A stretch of DNA of 64,000 nt. Source: an uncultured Acidimicrobiales bacterium. GTDB lineage: Bacteria; Actinomycetota; Acidimicrobiia; Acidimicrobiales; UBA10347. Both the position numbers and the translations under genes were made by a program. The notes beneath the pieces were generated by a model. That model did not search any database. It saw only the letters and a list, made by a program, of their open reading frames with translations, and was not told where the DNA came from. This document shows positions 9,801-18,713 of this stretch, in pieces (position 1 is the stretch's first letter; each line of letters begins with the position of its first letter). The stretch lies in assembly GCA_943788915.1 (NCBI GenBank), contig CALSSD010000004.1:62001-126000 (forward strand), in the 5' to 3' direction.

Positions 9801-10376
9801 TCAGGTGGCGCCTTGACGCGCGGTGTTAAGTAGCTCTGTCAGCCCGACAAGAGCCGCAGTGTCGGTGAGATAGGTGTTGTCGAGACGATCGCTGTTGATC
9901 GTCAATATCGCGATGATGTCTCGCATTTGTCGGTCCGACGACTCGCCGCCCTGGCGATACCAGTCGAGCTTGCGAAGAACCTGGTCTTCTGGCGAGGTGA
10001 TCCACAGCTCGGCCAGCGGTTGAGTCGGAACTTCAATCAGAACACGCCGGTTGATCTGGTTGACATCAAGCAAGCCATCTCCGAGAACGAATAGATCGAT
10101 CTTCAGAGCGGCTTCATTGTGGATGATGTTGAACGAGTCCTTTTCTCGGACTGCTCGTGCTGCATCACTTTCGGGCACGTAGAAGGTTGGGCGGACTCGG
10201 TCTACGAGGATGTCCAAATCTTTAGCCGTGAGCCGGACTGCTATGTCGATGTCCACCGTGCTCCGTGGTTCGCCAATGAGGGAACTCGCAACCGACCCTC
10301 CAACGACGTAACGGACGCCAATCTCTTCGAACAGCTCTGCCATCCCCACGGCCAGCTCGAGATGAGATGGCGCCAT
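9801..10376 (-). CDS. Nucleotidyltransferase-fold protein, MenT1/DUF6036-like putative toxin
   Basis: YVVGGSVASSLIGEPRSTVDIDI (GG..S and DxD motifs), KIDLF, SPEDQVLRKL, RQMRDI; its ATG overlaps the upstream stop (TGATG). Confidence 0.7.
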   Translation of the reverse strand: MAPSHLELAVGMAELFEEIGVRYVVGGSVASSLIGEPRSTVDIDIAVRLTAKDLDILVDRVRPTFYVPESDAARAVREKDSFNIIHNEAALKIDLFVLGDGLLDVNQINRRVLIEVPTQPLAELWITSPEDQVLRKLDWYRQGGESSDRQMRDIIAILTINSDRLDNTYLTDTAALVGLTELLNTARQGAT

Positions 10377-10630
10377 CAACCGAGTCGAGACCCGTAGACC
10401 TCGTCGGCCAACGATTTGCCATAGCGTCGGGCAGCAAGGTGCCAGCGAAGATCATCTTCATTGACATCGCCGTGGTAGTGGCGAATGCCGGCGACCGCCA
10501 TTGCGGTACACAGGTCGTTCAGTTCTTGGGCTGCGTGCGCTCGTTCGCCGACCGTCATCGATGCGAATCGTTCAAGCACGACGGCCCATGCGCTGGGACT
10601 CGTGTCGGCTGGAATCGAACCGATGGACAT
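10376..10630 (-). CDS. Small helical protein, putative cognate antitoxin (84 aa)
   Basis: MSIGSIPADTSPSAW...RFASMTVGER...AGIRHYH; DTSP/MTxxER/AGIR pattern; coupled to the NTase gene. Confidence 0.65.
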   Translation of the reverse strand: MSIGSIPADTSPSAWAVVLERFASMTVGERAHAAQELNDLCTAMAVAGIRHYHGDVNEDDLRWHLAARRYGKSLADEVYGSRLG

Positions 10631-10861
10631 GTCTTCAGAGTAACCGACGATGGGACATTGGCCGCTCCATCGGGCAGTTGCGGGCGTGCTGGTCCAGGGG
10701 CTGCCTAGATTCCTGCCGAACTGCCTGATGTTCGATTCGGCAGTGAGAACCACAGAGCGATCGCGACAAGCGGTACGAAGATGGTGTGGCGCTGGGTCCC
10801 TGGCGCAACCGTCTGACGCGCCTCCACGCGCCGAATGGCTGAACGCTGAGACCAAGTTTGG

Positions 10862-11569
10862 TTAGGGGTGCTGCGATTGCCGTTTGCGCCTGAACGCCTC
10901 GAATCGCCCAACGAACTCGTCGGTCTGTTCGTCAGACCATTCGACGCCAGGCCAACCGGCCAGCGTGCGGCAGCGGTCGCCGTGCGCACGCCACTCAGCC
11001 GTGAGCTGCCCGGTGAAGCCGAGTCGTTGTAATCCCGCCATTCGAACGTGGATCGGCATTGCAACCGCCTCGGCCAGGCTCGGTTCGGCGCCCGCCAACC
11101 ATCCGGTCTCGGTCGTCCAACGACCCATCTCGGCCAGTGCGTCGGCGAGCGCCTCGCTCGCCTGGCTGATGACATCAGGGTCGGTCCCGTAGTAGACACC
11201 GATCATCGGCCGGAACGCATGGCGGTTGATCCAGGCCATTCGGTCGCGCACCAGACGGCGGTCAGCATCATCAGAGGGCAGGAGTGCGGGAGCAACCACT
11301 CGGTTCTCGAGCCACTCGAGGACCGGAATCGAGTCGGCCAGGTAGTCGCCGCCGACCCGGACCAGTGGGATCTCGAGCTTCGGGCTGTGTTCCACGAACT
11401 CATCGGGCAGCACGAAGTCGGGTCCACGCACTGCCGACGGTGGAAGGTCGATCAGTTCGTGGTCGATACCGCGTTGGTGCAGCGCGAACTCGACGCGCGT
11501 CGCGAACGGGCAGATCCAATGCCCGTAGAGCGCGACGTCAGAGGCAGCCTGGCCCAGGCTCGTACTCAA
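10862..11569 (-). CDS. Glutathione S-transferase family protein
   Basis: LYGHWICPFATRV (CPF), SPKLEIPLV, DSIPVLEWL, WLAGAEPSLAE. Confidence 0.85.
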   Translation of the reverse strand: MSTSLGQAASDVALYGHWICPFATRVEFALHQRGIDHELIDLPPSAVRGPDFVLPDEFVEHSPKLEIPLVRVGGDYLADSIPVLEWLENRVVAPALLPSDDADRRLVRDRMAWINRHAFRPMIGVYYGTDPDVISQASEALADALAEMGRWTTETGWLAGAEPSLAEAVAMPIHVRMAGLQRLGFTGQLTAEWRAHGDRCRTLAGWPGVEWSDEQTDEFVGRFEAFRRKRQSQHP

Positions 11570-12759
11570 GAGAGTGGGCCCCAGACTTCTAGGTGGCCGG
11601 CGCGCTCGACGCGGCGAAGGGTTCGCAAGTCGAGGAGCGCTTCCAGACCGGTGTCAGCGAAGACCGAGCGAACGCGTGCCGCGTCATCGGGCGAGGCAGC
11701 GGCGAGGTCGTCGTGGAGGCGTTGCATCAGCCAGAACCGGTAGGGCATGACGCTGGTCGTCAGTTCAATGCCGCGCCAAGGGAAGGTTGCTGCGCCTCCG
11801 CCAACGAGACCTCGCCCGCCGGTCAGACCGCGTATTGCGGGGTCGTCCAGGCCGTTGGTGCCTTCCTCGATCTCGGGATGTTCTGCGAGCCACTCGTTCG
11901 CGGTAGCAACGTGGGCGGAGATCTCGCCGAGGTACTCCTCGGACACGTAGCGCATCATGGCAAGCAGCGTCGCTGGTAGATCGTCAGCTGCGATCAGGCC
12001 ATCGTTGTCGGTGCCGTACTCGTGTCGGTATGGCTCGACGGAACTCATGCGCTCGACCCAGCGACCGACACGCGGCGCACGCTGCTTGATGACCATCGTC
12101 GGCGCCGGGTCACGGAAGAGATGCGCCCACATGGCAGCGATGAGCCCGTAGTCGCCGATGGTCGGACGATTGCCGAGCAGATACGGGTGGTCGACAAGGT
12201 GGGCCTCGAACAGGTCGAGCCACTCATGGAAGGCCGTCTCGATCAACGGTTGCGATTCTGGGGTGACGCCGAAAACCACCGCCGCCTTACGCATCCTTCC
12301 GCTGCTGTGCAGGAACACTTTCTCGGCCTCTTCGGGGGACAGGGTCTGCGAAAAGCTGAGTGCGAACTCGGAGGTGATGAACGCCAGATTCTGCTCGTCG
12401 AAGTTCCACCGATAGTGCATTGCCGGGCGCAGCAGACCCTCGCCGCCGAACAACTCGAATAGGTGGGCAACGGCCAGCAGCAGTGGCGAATCTGGATACG
12501 ACGACGTCCGGCGCAGCGGTTGACCGGGGCCGCGTTCGAAGTGGTCGATGATGTCGGCGCCATCTTGGATGATCGTGCCATCGGGCGTCTCCATGCATGG
12601 CACGATCCAGCGGCCGACGGTCGGCACGATCTCGTTGAGGTAACGATCGCTACCCGGCGACCTCTCGACGAACGGGATGCCCTGGGTGCGAAGATACGAC
12701 CGGGCCTTGCCCGTGTATAACGACGCAGGCATTCCGTACAGGGTGTAGTGAGCGTTCAT
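11566..12759 (-). CDS. Extended glutathione S-transferase family protein
   Basis: TLYGMPASLYTGKARSYLR, IVPCM, QDGADII, YLLGNRPTIGDYGL, AHLFRDP; ATGA overlap with the upstream gene. Confidence 0.85.
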   Translation of the reverse strand: MNAHYTLYGMPASLYTGKARSYLRTQGIPFVERSPGSDRYLNEIVPTVGRWIVPCMETPDGTIIQDGADIIDHFERGPGQPLRRTSSYPDSPLLLAVAHLFELFGGEGLLRPAMHYRWNFDEQNLAFITSEFALSFSQTLSPEEAEKVFLHSSGRMRKAAVVFGVTPESQPLIETAFHEWLDLFEAHLVDHPYLLGNRPTIGDYGLIAAMWAHLFRDPAPTMVIKQRAPRVGRWVERMSSVEPYRHEYGTDNDGLIAADDLPATLLAMMRYVSEEYLGEISAHVATANEWLAEHPEIEEGTNGLDDPAIRGLTGGRGLVGGGAATFPWRGIELTTSVMPYRFWLMQRLHDDLAAASPDDAARVRSVFADTGLEALLDLRTLRRVERAGHLEVWGPLS

Positions 12760-13409
12760 CGGCAGGCGCTTTCTAGTTGAGAGATGGGGAGGGGACCATG
12801 GAAGCCCGACCCGCCGTCGAGGATGACGACCTTGGCCGGGTTGGGGATGACGGCAACGAGATCGCTGGTCAGCTCTGCGGTGCGAAGGTGCCATTGGTCC
12901 GGCAGGTCGAGTTCGCTTCGATCAGCATCGCTTCGGTTTGGGGTGTCGTTCGGTGCGCTCCAGGCGGGCGGTGCGAATGTGCCGTCGCCGAAGTCGAGCA
13001 CGTCGATCGACTGACCCGACGCATGGAGCATCGTGTGGTGCTTGTCGATCGACAGCACCGTGGCCCTTGCCATGCGTTCGTTGGCTAGCGGGCGGGCAAC
13101 GAACGAGAACCGCAGCCCGTCGACCTCCATCGTGTCGAGGGGGCCGTCCACATCGGCGAGCGGTGATCGGCTGAAGTACGCCGCATCGGCGACGAGCCCA
13201 CCAAGCAGGGCGAGCGAAGCGCCGTCGGGAAGCGATAGTGCCCGTGCACGTTCCTGACTCACAGGTTCGTGGCACAGCCAGACCTGGCCGCTTCGATCTA
13301 TGAATTCCATGCGCAGGCCAGTGCCAACGGTCCAGTTGCCGACCCATGCAGGGTTACCAAGTCGCGGGTCGAAACGCGAGCTAACTTCAGGATCGTGACC
13401 GCTGCTCAT
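12756..13409 (-). CDS. Hypothetical protein
   Basis: ORF with ATGA overlaps at both ends inside the dehalogenase-GST operon; no family recognised. Confidence 0.65.
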   Translation of the reverse strand: MSSGHDPEVSSRFDPRLGNPAWVGNWTVGTGLRMEFIDRSGQVWLCHEPVSQERARALSLPDGASLALLGGLVADAAYFSRSPLADVDGPLDTMEVDGLRFSFVARPLANERMARATVLSIDKHHTMLHASGQSIDVLDFGDGTFAPPAWSAPNDTPNRSDADRSELDLPDQWHLRTAELTSDLVAVIPNPAKVVILDGGSGFHGPLPISQLESACR

Positions 13410-14365
13410 GATGCCGGACCAAGCCACGCCATCAGCGCATCGGTATAGGCGTCACCAATGTCCTCCTGCAGGAAGTGGCCGCCACCTTCGAGGATGACGT
13501 GCGGCTGGTCTTGTGCACCGGGGATGCGAGCGACGATTGGTTTCCAACCATCGGGAGCGACCGCGTCTTGGTCGCTGAAGATGGTCAACACCGGCTGGGT
13601 CCACGTGTCGAACACATCCCAGGCCGCGTTGCAGGCCGGGTACATCGGATTGTCCGGCCGCGTCGGCAGCAGTTGGGTGAATGCCCGACTGCCAATCGTG
13701 AGTGATGGGTCCGGGTACGGCGCCTGGTAGCCGTGCACGACCTCGGCCTTGGGCTCCGTGACCATGGTTATGGGTAGCAGCGTCCACGGCTGCCACTCGG
13801 GTGTTGTCCTGGCGAACTCCTGAAAGTCGGCGAATGGCCCGGTCGCTTCGATCACCTCAGGGAGCGGTTCGGCGAGATCACGCCACGGCAAACCGGTGTT
13901 GGAGATCACTAACCGCTCGGCAAGGCCAGGGTTCTCGGCCGCGAGGCGCATGCCGATGATCCCGCCCCAGTCGTGCAGCACGAACGTTGGCGCCCGACAG
14001 CGAAAGCTCGTCGACGAGCAGCGGCCGCATCCACTCGACATGGCGCAGAACCGTGTAGTCGGTCATCTCGCTCGGCTTGTCCGACAGGCCCATGCCGACC
14101 AGGTCGGGGGCGATGACCCGGTAGCCCGCGGCCACCGCGGCGGCGATCTGGTGGCGCCAGATATACGACCACGACGGGTTGCCATGCAAGAACACGACAA
14201 CCGGAGGCGTTCGCGACTGCGCCACGCTATCCACGAGGTGGACGCGCAGCTCTTGGTCGTCGCTCGCTCGCCCGCCGGATCGTGACGAAGCGGCTGCCAT
14301 CGGATAGTCGGCGATGCCGCCAGGATCTCCGCGGCATCGGCGTCCGATGTGCGCAGGATCTCCAT
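13406..14365 (-). CDS. Haloalkane dehalogenase (DhmA/DhlA-like), split by at least two frameshifts as given
   Basis: MEILRT start; FLHGNPSWSYIWR and APDLVGMGLSDKP in one frame; VLHDWGG (nucleophile Asp), SNTGLP, YQAPYP and GGGHFLQED in the next frame. Confidence 0.8.
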
Positions 14366-15082
14366 CAGAACAGCACCTTGCTCGTGTCGGTCAGTGAACG
14401 TGCGATGTCGTCGAGCGCCGGATCGGCGATGACGACATAGTCGGTGTCGCTGTGCGTCGAGCCGCTGCGCGACGAGTCGTCGGCGACGTCTCGGGAGATC
14501 AGGTCGTAGCGGGCCTCGGCGAAAGGTGCGGTCGTCGCCGAGGATGCGGTCCTCGATCTCGAACCGGCCGATCCGGACGCTGTCGACGTCCGCCGCGATG
14601 TCGGGTGCGTCGCATCGGCCGACCACCTGCAGCAGCATGAGCCGGTCGTCGTCGGCGCCCGACTCCTGCGGCGGCACCGGGTCACCACTCGACCGGGAAG
14701 GTGGCCATCACGATCGTGAAGTCCATGCCCGCCTCCTTGTGGTCTTCGTCCTTCTGGAAGTCGGCGTTCGACGACATCTCGATCATGGCCATGCGGTCGC
14801 GGTACTGGGCGATCGCGATGCGATCCCACACATGCCGTCACCCGACCAGTTGGTGCACCACCGGCGCCATCATGATGAGCGCGAACCGACCTTGCGGAGA
14901 TGCTCGTGGGGCGCGTACACGTCGTCGGCCTCCATGCCGCTGATCGACGACTCGCGGCCATCGGCGTACTCCGCTTGCTCGCGGTACTTCATCAAGTTGA
15001 GCGCCCACATCGGCCCGCCGGGGTCGTCGCGCGCGAACCACGAAGCAATGTACGACTCGTTCAGCTGTCCGTAGCGGGGCAT
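14365..15082 (-). CDS. DUF1330-like dimeric alpha/beta-barrel protein, frameshifted as given
   Basis: PMWALNLMKYREQAEYADGR..SGMEAD..Y, then WDRIAIAQY...HKEAGMDFTIV in another frame; stop overlaps the dehalogenase start. Confidence 0.6.
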
Positions 15083-15147
15083 CGCGCCACCGTACTCTAG
15101 TGCGTATTCAACTGGCAATTGATCGATCGAAGCGCTACGGTCGACGT

Positions 15148-16258
15148 ATGCAGTTCGAGGTCAACCGCGCCGACTTTCACGAGACTCGCGCCGTCGACGA
15201 CCACACGGTGAAGTGGACACCGCACGGCTGCAGCCGGGCCAGATTCGGCTCTCAGTCGAGCGATTCGCACTCACCACCAACAACATCACCTACGCCGTTG
15301 CCGGCGACATGCTCGACTACTGGGGCTTCTTCCCTGTCGAGCCCGGTGCAGACGACACGCGCTGGGGTCGGATTCCGGCGATGGGGCTCGGGCTCGGTCG
15401 CCGAGTCTGGTCACCCCGACATCGCCGTCGGCGGCCGGTACTTCGGGTTCTACCCGATGGCTTCAGACGTCTGTCATCGACGCCGCCCCGCACGGCAGCG
15501 CCTTCCGCGATCGTCGGCCCTCACCGCGCCAACCACGCAGCGACCTACACCGACTTCCGCGATGTCACCACCGACGTGCAATGTTCCGCCCGGACCAGGC
15601 CGACGAGTACCTCCTGTTGTGGGGCGTGTTCATGACCTCGTTCCTCGTCGACGACTACCTCGCCGACAACGATTTCCTCGGCGCGACCCAGACCATCGTC
15701 ACCAGCGCCTCGTCGAAGACATCGATCTGCCTCGCGCACTGCCTCGCCGAACGTCGACGGCCACCGCAGCGTCGGCCTGACGTCGGATCGCAACCGCAGT
15801 CTTCGTCGAGGGCCTCGGCCTCTACGACGACGTGATCACCTATGACGAGGTCGACCAACTCGACCCATCGATTGCGTCGACCATGGTCGACATGGCCGGG
15901 AACGGCTCGCTCCGCGCTGCGATCCACACGCACTTCGGCGACGCAACTGAAGATCTCACTCACCGTCGGCGCCACCCATTGGCAGGATCCGGTGGCAACG
16001 GCGGCCCGCTTCCCGGACCGACGCCCGAGTTTTTCTTCGCTCCGGGACAGTCAGCGAAGCGCTCGGCCGAGTGGGGCGCCGACGAACTCGACGCGTCGCA
16101 TCGCCCGATCTTTCCACCAGCTCCTCGACACCACCGATGAGTGGCTCACGGTTGAACGTCGAAGCGGGGCCGAGGGCGTGACTTCGGTTTATCGGTCACT
16201 TTTGGAAGGTAGGGCGGAGCCCGCAATCGGCTACGTCGTTTCGATGAACCGGCGCTGA
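15148..16258 (+). CDS. DUF2855 family protein, multiple frameshifts
   Basis: ERFALTTNNITYAVAGDMLDYWGFFP, RYFGFYPMAS, LWGVFMTSFLVDD, TSASSKT, VDMAGN, VGATHW and EFFFAP spread over successive frames. Confidence 0.75.
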
Positions 16259-16329
16259 TGCGCGGCCCGGAAGTGGCCCACGGATCTCGAGGTCGTTGCA
16301 ATTGCAACGATCTCTGCCCTTCCAACCCT

Positions 16330-16374
16330 GCTTCCCAAGCTGAATACGGGGTTTCGATTACCCTCACCCGCTCT
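16330..16374 (+). repeat. Right att site: duplicated 3' part of tRNA-Gly
   Basis: gcttcccaagctgaatacggggtttcgattaccctcacccgctct matches 9541-9585 at 43 of 45 positions. Confidence 0.9.
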
Positions 16375-16378
16375 CCTG

Positions 16379-16404
16379 AAAACCGGCCGATCTGGCCGGT
16401 TTTT
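16379..16404 (+). terminator. Intrinsic terminator hairpin after the displaced tRNA end
   Basis: aaaaccggcc-gatct-ggccggtttt, a perfect 10-bp stem ending in a T run. Confidence 0.7.
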
Positions 16405-16557
16405 CCCTGAAATGATGCCGATCGCCGCCTTTGCGTGTCTGCGGTTGATTGCGAACGTTGGTACGACTTTCTGCGCCAGGCATGGGGATGTAACGATTGA
16501 CCGCCGGGCTGCTCAGTGCGACCGCCCTTTTGGCCAGTTTTCGGTATCTGTTCAATT

Positions 16558-16572
16558 TGAGAATGATTATTG
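16558..16572. promoter_or_regulatory. Zur/Fur-like box
   Basis: TGAGAATGATTATTG compared with the 7-1-7 consensus TGAnAATnATTnTCA; just upstream of the TACCCT -10 of the 16592 gene. Confidence 0.65.
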
Positions 16573-16591
16573 TTTTTGGTACCCTCGGTCA

Positions 16592-17818
16592 ATGGCGAAA
16601 GGTTCAACGCAGACCGACATTTGCATTATCGGCGCTGGTCCCCACGGGCTTGCTGCTGCGGTGCATCTTCGGCAGGCAGACCCCAACCTGACCATCACGA
16701 CCATCGACCGACGTCCATCGTGGCTGACGACATGGTCCGAGCAGTTCGCTCGAGCGGAAATCAAGACGCTGAGATCACCAGCGGTCCACCACCCCGCACC
16801 AGACCCCTACGCACTCCCCGACTTCATCCGTTCCCAGGGCCTCGCTCAATCAGGTTTGCCGTACAACCTGCCGACAACCTGTGCCTTCGAGCAGTTCTGC
16901 CGCTTCCTCATCGACCACTACGAACTTGAACCACCGTTGGCCACACCACCATGGCAGATCACAAGCCGTGGCCGTGAACTCCGCATCGAGTGCAGCGATC
17001 ACATCATCTCGGCCCGCAACGTGATCGTCGCAACCAACCCGCATCGACGAAATATACCCGCTTGGATTGAATCTCTACTAGGCCAGAGAGCTGGCTTGAT
17101 CGCAAGCGGCTATGACGTCGATCTGCGAGCCTTGCCCGGTCTCGATGGAGACCGCGTCGTCGTTGTCGGCGGTGGCTTGACGGCCGCACACCTTGCTCTG
17201 GGCGCAGCCTCGCGCGGCGCGACTGTCCAGCTCATCAGTCGCGAGAATCTACGGGTGCGCGACTTCGACACGGCACCCGGTTGGCTCGGACCAAAGTACC
17301 TTAACTTCTTCCACGCGGAACTCGACCCGGCCCGGCGGCTCGCGATAGCGAGCAAGGCGCTGGCGGGGGGCAGCATGCTGAATTGGGTTCATCAGAGGCT
17401 GATGGACATTAGCGGAGCGGGCCAGATTGACTTGCGGGAATCCACCGTGGTCCGCCGAGCGACTCTTTCTCCCGACAAGACGGGTCTCCTGGAGTTGAGT
17501 GACGGTTTGACCGTGCCGGCTGACCGCGTGTGGCTAGCAACCGGCACTCGAACCGACGCGAATGCTATTCGATCGCTGCGCCCGCTTCTCGATGATGTTG
17601 ACTCCATCGGGGGCCTACCCATCGTCGATACCAACTTGCGCCTGGGTCCCTATCGCGCCTTTGTCATGGGCCGGCTTACCACTCTAAGTCTCGGTCCAGC
17701 GTCCGGAAATCTCTGGGGCGCGCAACGGGCCGCACAACGCATCACCCAGTGCATAACCGGTGTCGACCTTGAGTGCACCGGCATAGAGACCACCGCGACC
17801 CCAGCGCCCCGCCCTTAA
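16592..17818 (+). CDS. FAD/NAD(P)-dependent oxidoreductase (class B monooxygenase-like)
   Basis: IIGAGPHGL, LRSPAVHHP, second Rossmann motif VVGGGLTAAHL, PGWLGPK, WLATG, LGPASGNLWGA. Confidence 0.8.
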   Translation: MAKGSTQTDICIIGAGPHGLAAAVHLRQADPNLTITTIDRRPSWLTTWSEQFARAEIKTLRSPAVHHPAPDPYALPDFIRSQGLAQSGLPYNLPTTCAFEQFCRFLIDHYELEPPLATPPWQITSRGRELRIECSDHIISARNVIVATNPHRRNIPAWIESLLGQRAGLIASGYDVDLRALPGLDGDRVVVVGGGLTAAHLALGAASRGATVQLISRENLRVRDFDTAPGWLGPKYLNFFHAELDPARRLAIASKALAGGSMLNWVHQRLMDISGAGQIDLRESTVVRRATLSPDKTGLLELSDGLTVPADRVWLATGTRTDANAIRSLRPLLDDVDSIGGLPIVDTNLRLGPYRAFVMGRLTTLSLGPASGNLWGAQRAAQRITQCITGVDLECTGIETTATPAPRP

Positions 17819-17862
17819 GCCTTCATATCCACGACCCAACTACCACAACAAGGAGCATCCTG

Positions 17863-18087
17863 ATGGATTTGTCCGAGTACCTCGATTCGACCTCACTACT
17901 GAGCTGCACCGGTTCCGTTACGCACCGCTTGGCTTTGCTCCCAAATGGCAATGTCGAAATAAAGATCGGTGCCGTCACCGCGCTGGTGGACCCAACGACA
18001 CGGACCGTCATCCGCCCACGCGGCTTCACTATCCCTGATCAGGTCTTGGATCACGCAGCTGCACTCGCTCGGACCAGTCAACGCTGA
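17863..18087 (+). CDS. Small hypothetical protein (74 aa)
   Basis: AAGGAG RBS before the ATG; MDLSEYLDSTSLLSCTGSVTH... Confidence 0.6.
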   Translation: MDLSEYLDSTSLLSCTGSVTHRLALLPNGNVEIKIGAVTALVDPTTRTVIRPRGFTIPDQVLDHAAALARTSQR

Positions 18088-18112
18088 CACAGCGGGACGC
18101 TTGTTCGCCCGT

Positions 18113-18712
18113 TCAGCCATCGCCATTCGGAAGATGATGATTGAGCTTGCGCGCCTTCACTGCGAGATACCGGTCGTTGTGGGGATTCGGTTCAACCATC
18201 AGAGGAACCCGCTCCTTAACGACCACCCCATAGGCAGAAAGTTCATCGACCTCTCGAGGGTTGTTCGTGAGCAGCCTCACGCCGTCAACACCAAGGTCGT
18301 CTAGGATCTGTGCAGCGTCGTCGTAGCGACGTTCATCAGGCTGGAAACCAAGCGCAATATTTGCTTGGACCGTGTCGAGTCCGCCGTCCTGCAACACGTA
18401 CGCACGAATCTTGTTCGTAAGGCCGATGCCCCGTCCTTCTTGGTCGAGGTAGACGATCGTGCCCACACCTTCGCGACTAATCATGTCGAGCGCCGCGTGC
18501 AACTGGGCGCCACAGTCACAACGCAGCGAGCCGAAGATGTCTCCTGTCACGCATGATGAGTGCACACGGACCAACGTTGGGCCGGCGGCTGAGCTCGGAT
18601 CTCCTCTAACAATCGCGGCATGTTGGGCCCCTCCGGTCCCGTCATAGGCGTAAGCGACAAAGCCACCAAACACGGTCGGCAAGAGTGCGGGGCCACCTCG
18701 AACGATGTCCAC
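18113..18712 (-). CDS. ribA: GTP cyclohydrolase II
   Basis: RVHSSCVTGDIFGSLRCDCG (three Zn-ligand Cys), QEGRGIGL, KIRAY, DTVQAN, DERRY, LLTNNP. Confidence 0.92.
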   Translation of the reverse strand: MDIVRGGPALLPTVFGGFVAYAYDGTGGAQHAAIVRGDPSSAAGPTLVRVHSSCVTGDIFGSLRCDCGAQLHAALDMISREGVGTIVYLDQEGRGIGLTNKIRAYVLQDGGLDTVQANIALGFQPDERRYDDAAQILDDLGVDGVRLLTNNPREVDELSAYGVVVKERVPLMVEPNPHNDRYLAVKARKLNHHLPNGDG

Positions 18713-18713
18713 G

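Larger units (their letters stand above)
9541..16374. mobile_element. Genomic island integrated in tRNA-Gly(CCC), no integrase visible
   Basis: 45-bp direct repeat of the tRNA 3' part at 9541-9585 and 16330-16374, with 2 mismatches (gaac vs atac); accessory cargo lies between the copies. Confidence 0.85.

Noticed and set aside
16330..16374. Second tRNA-Gly gene
   Set aside because: The 5' acceptor strand and D arm are absent; it is an att duplicate.
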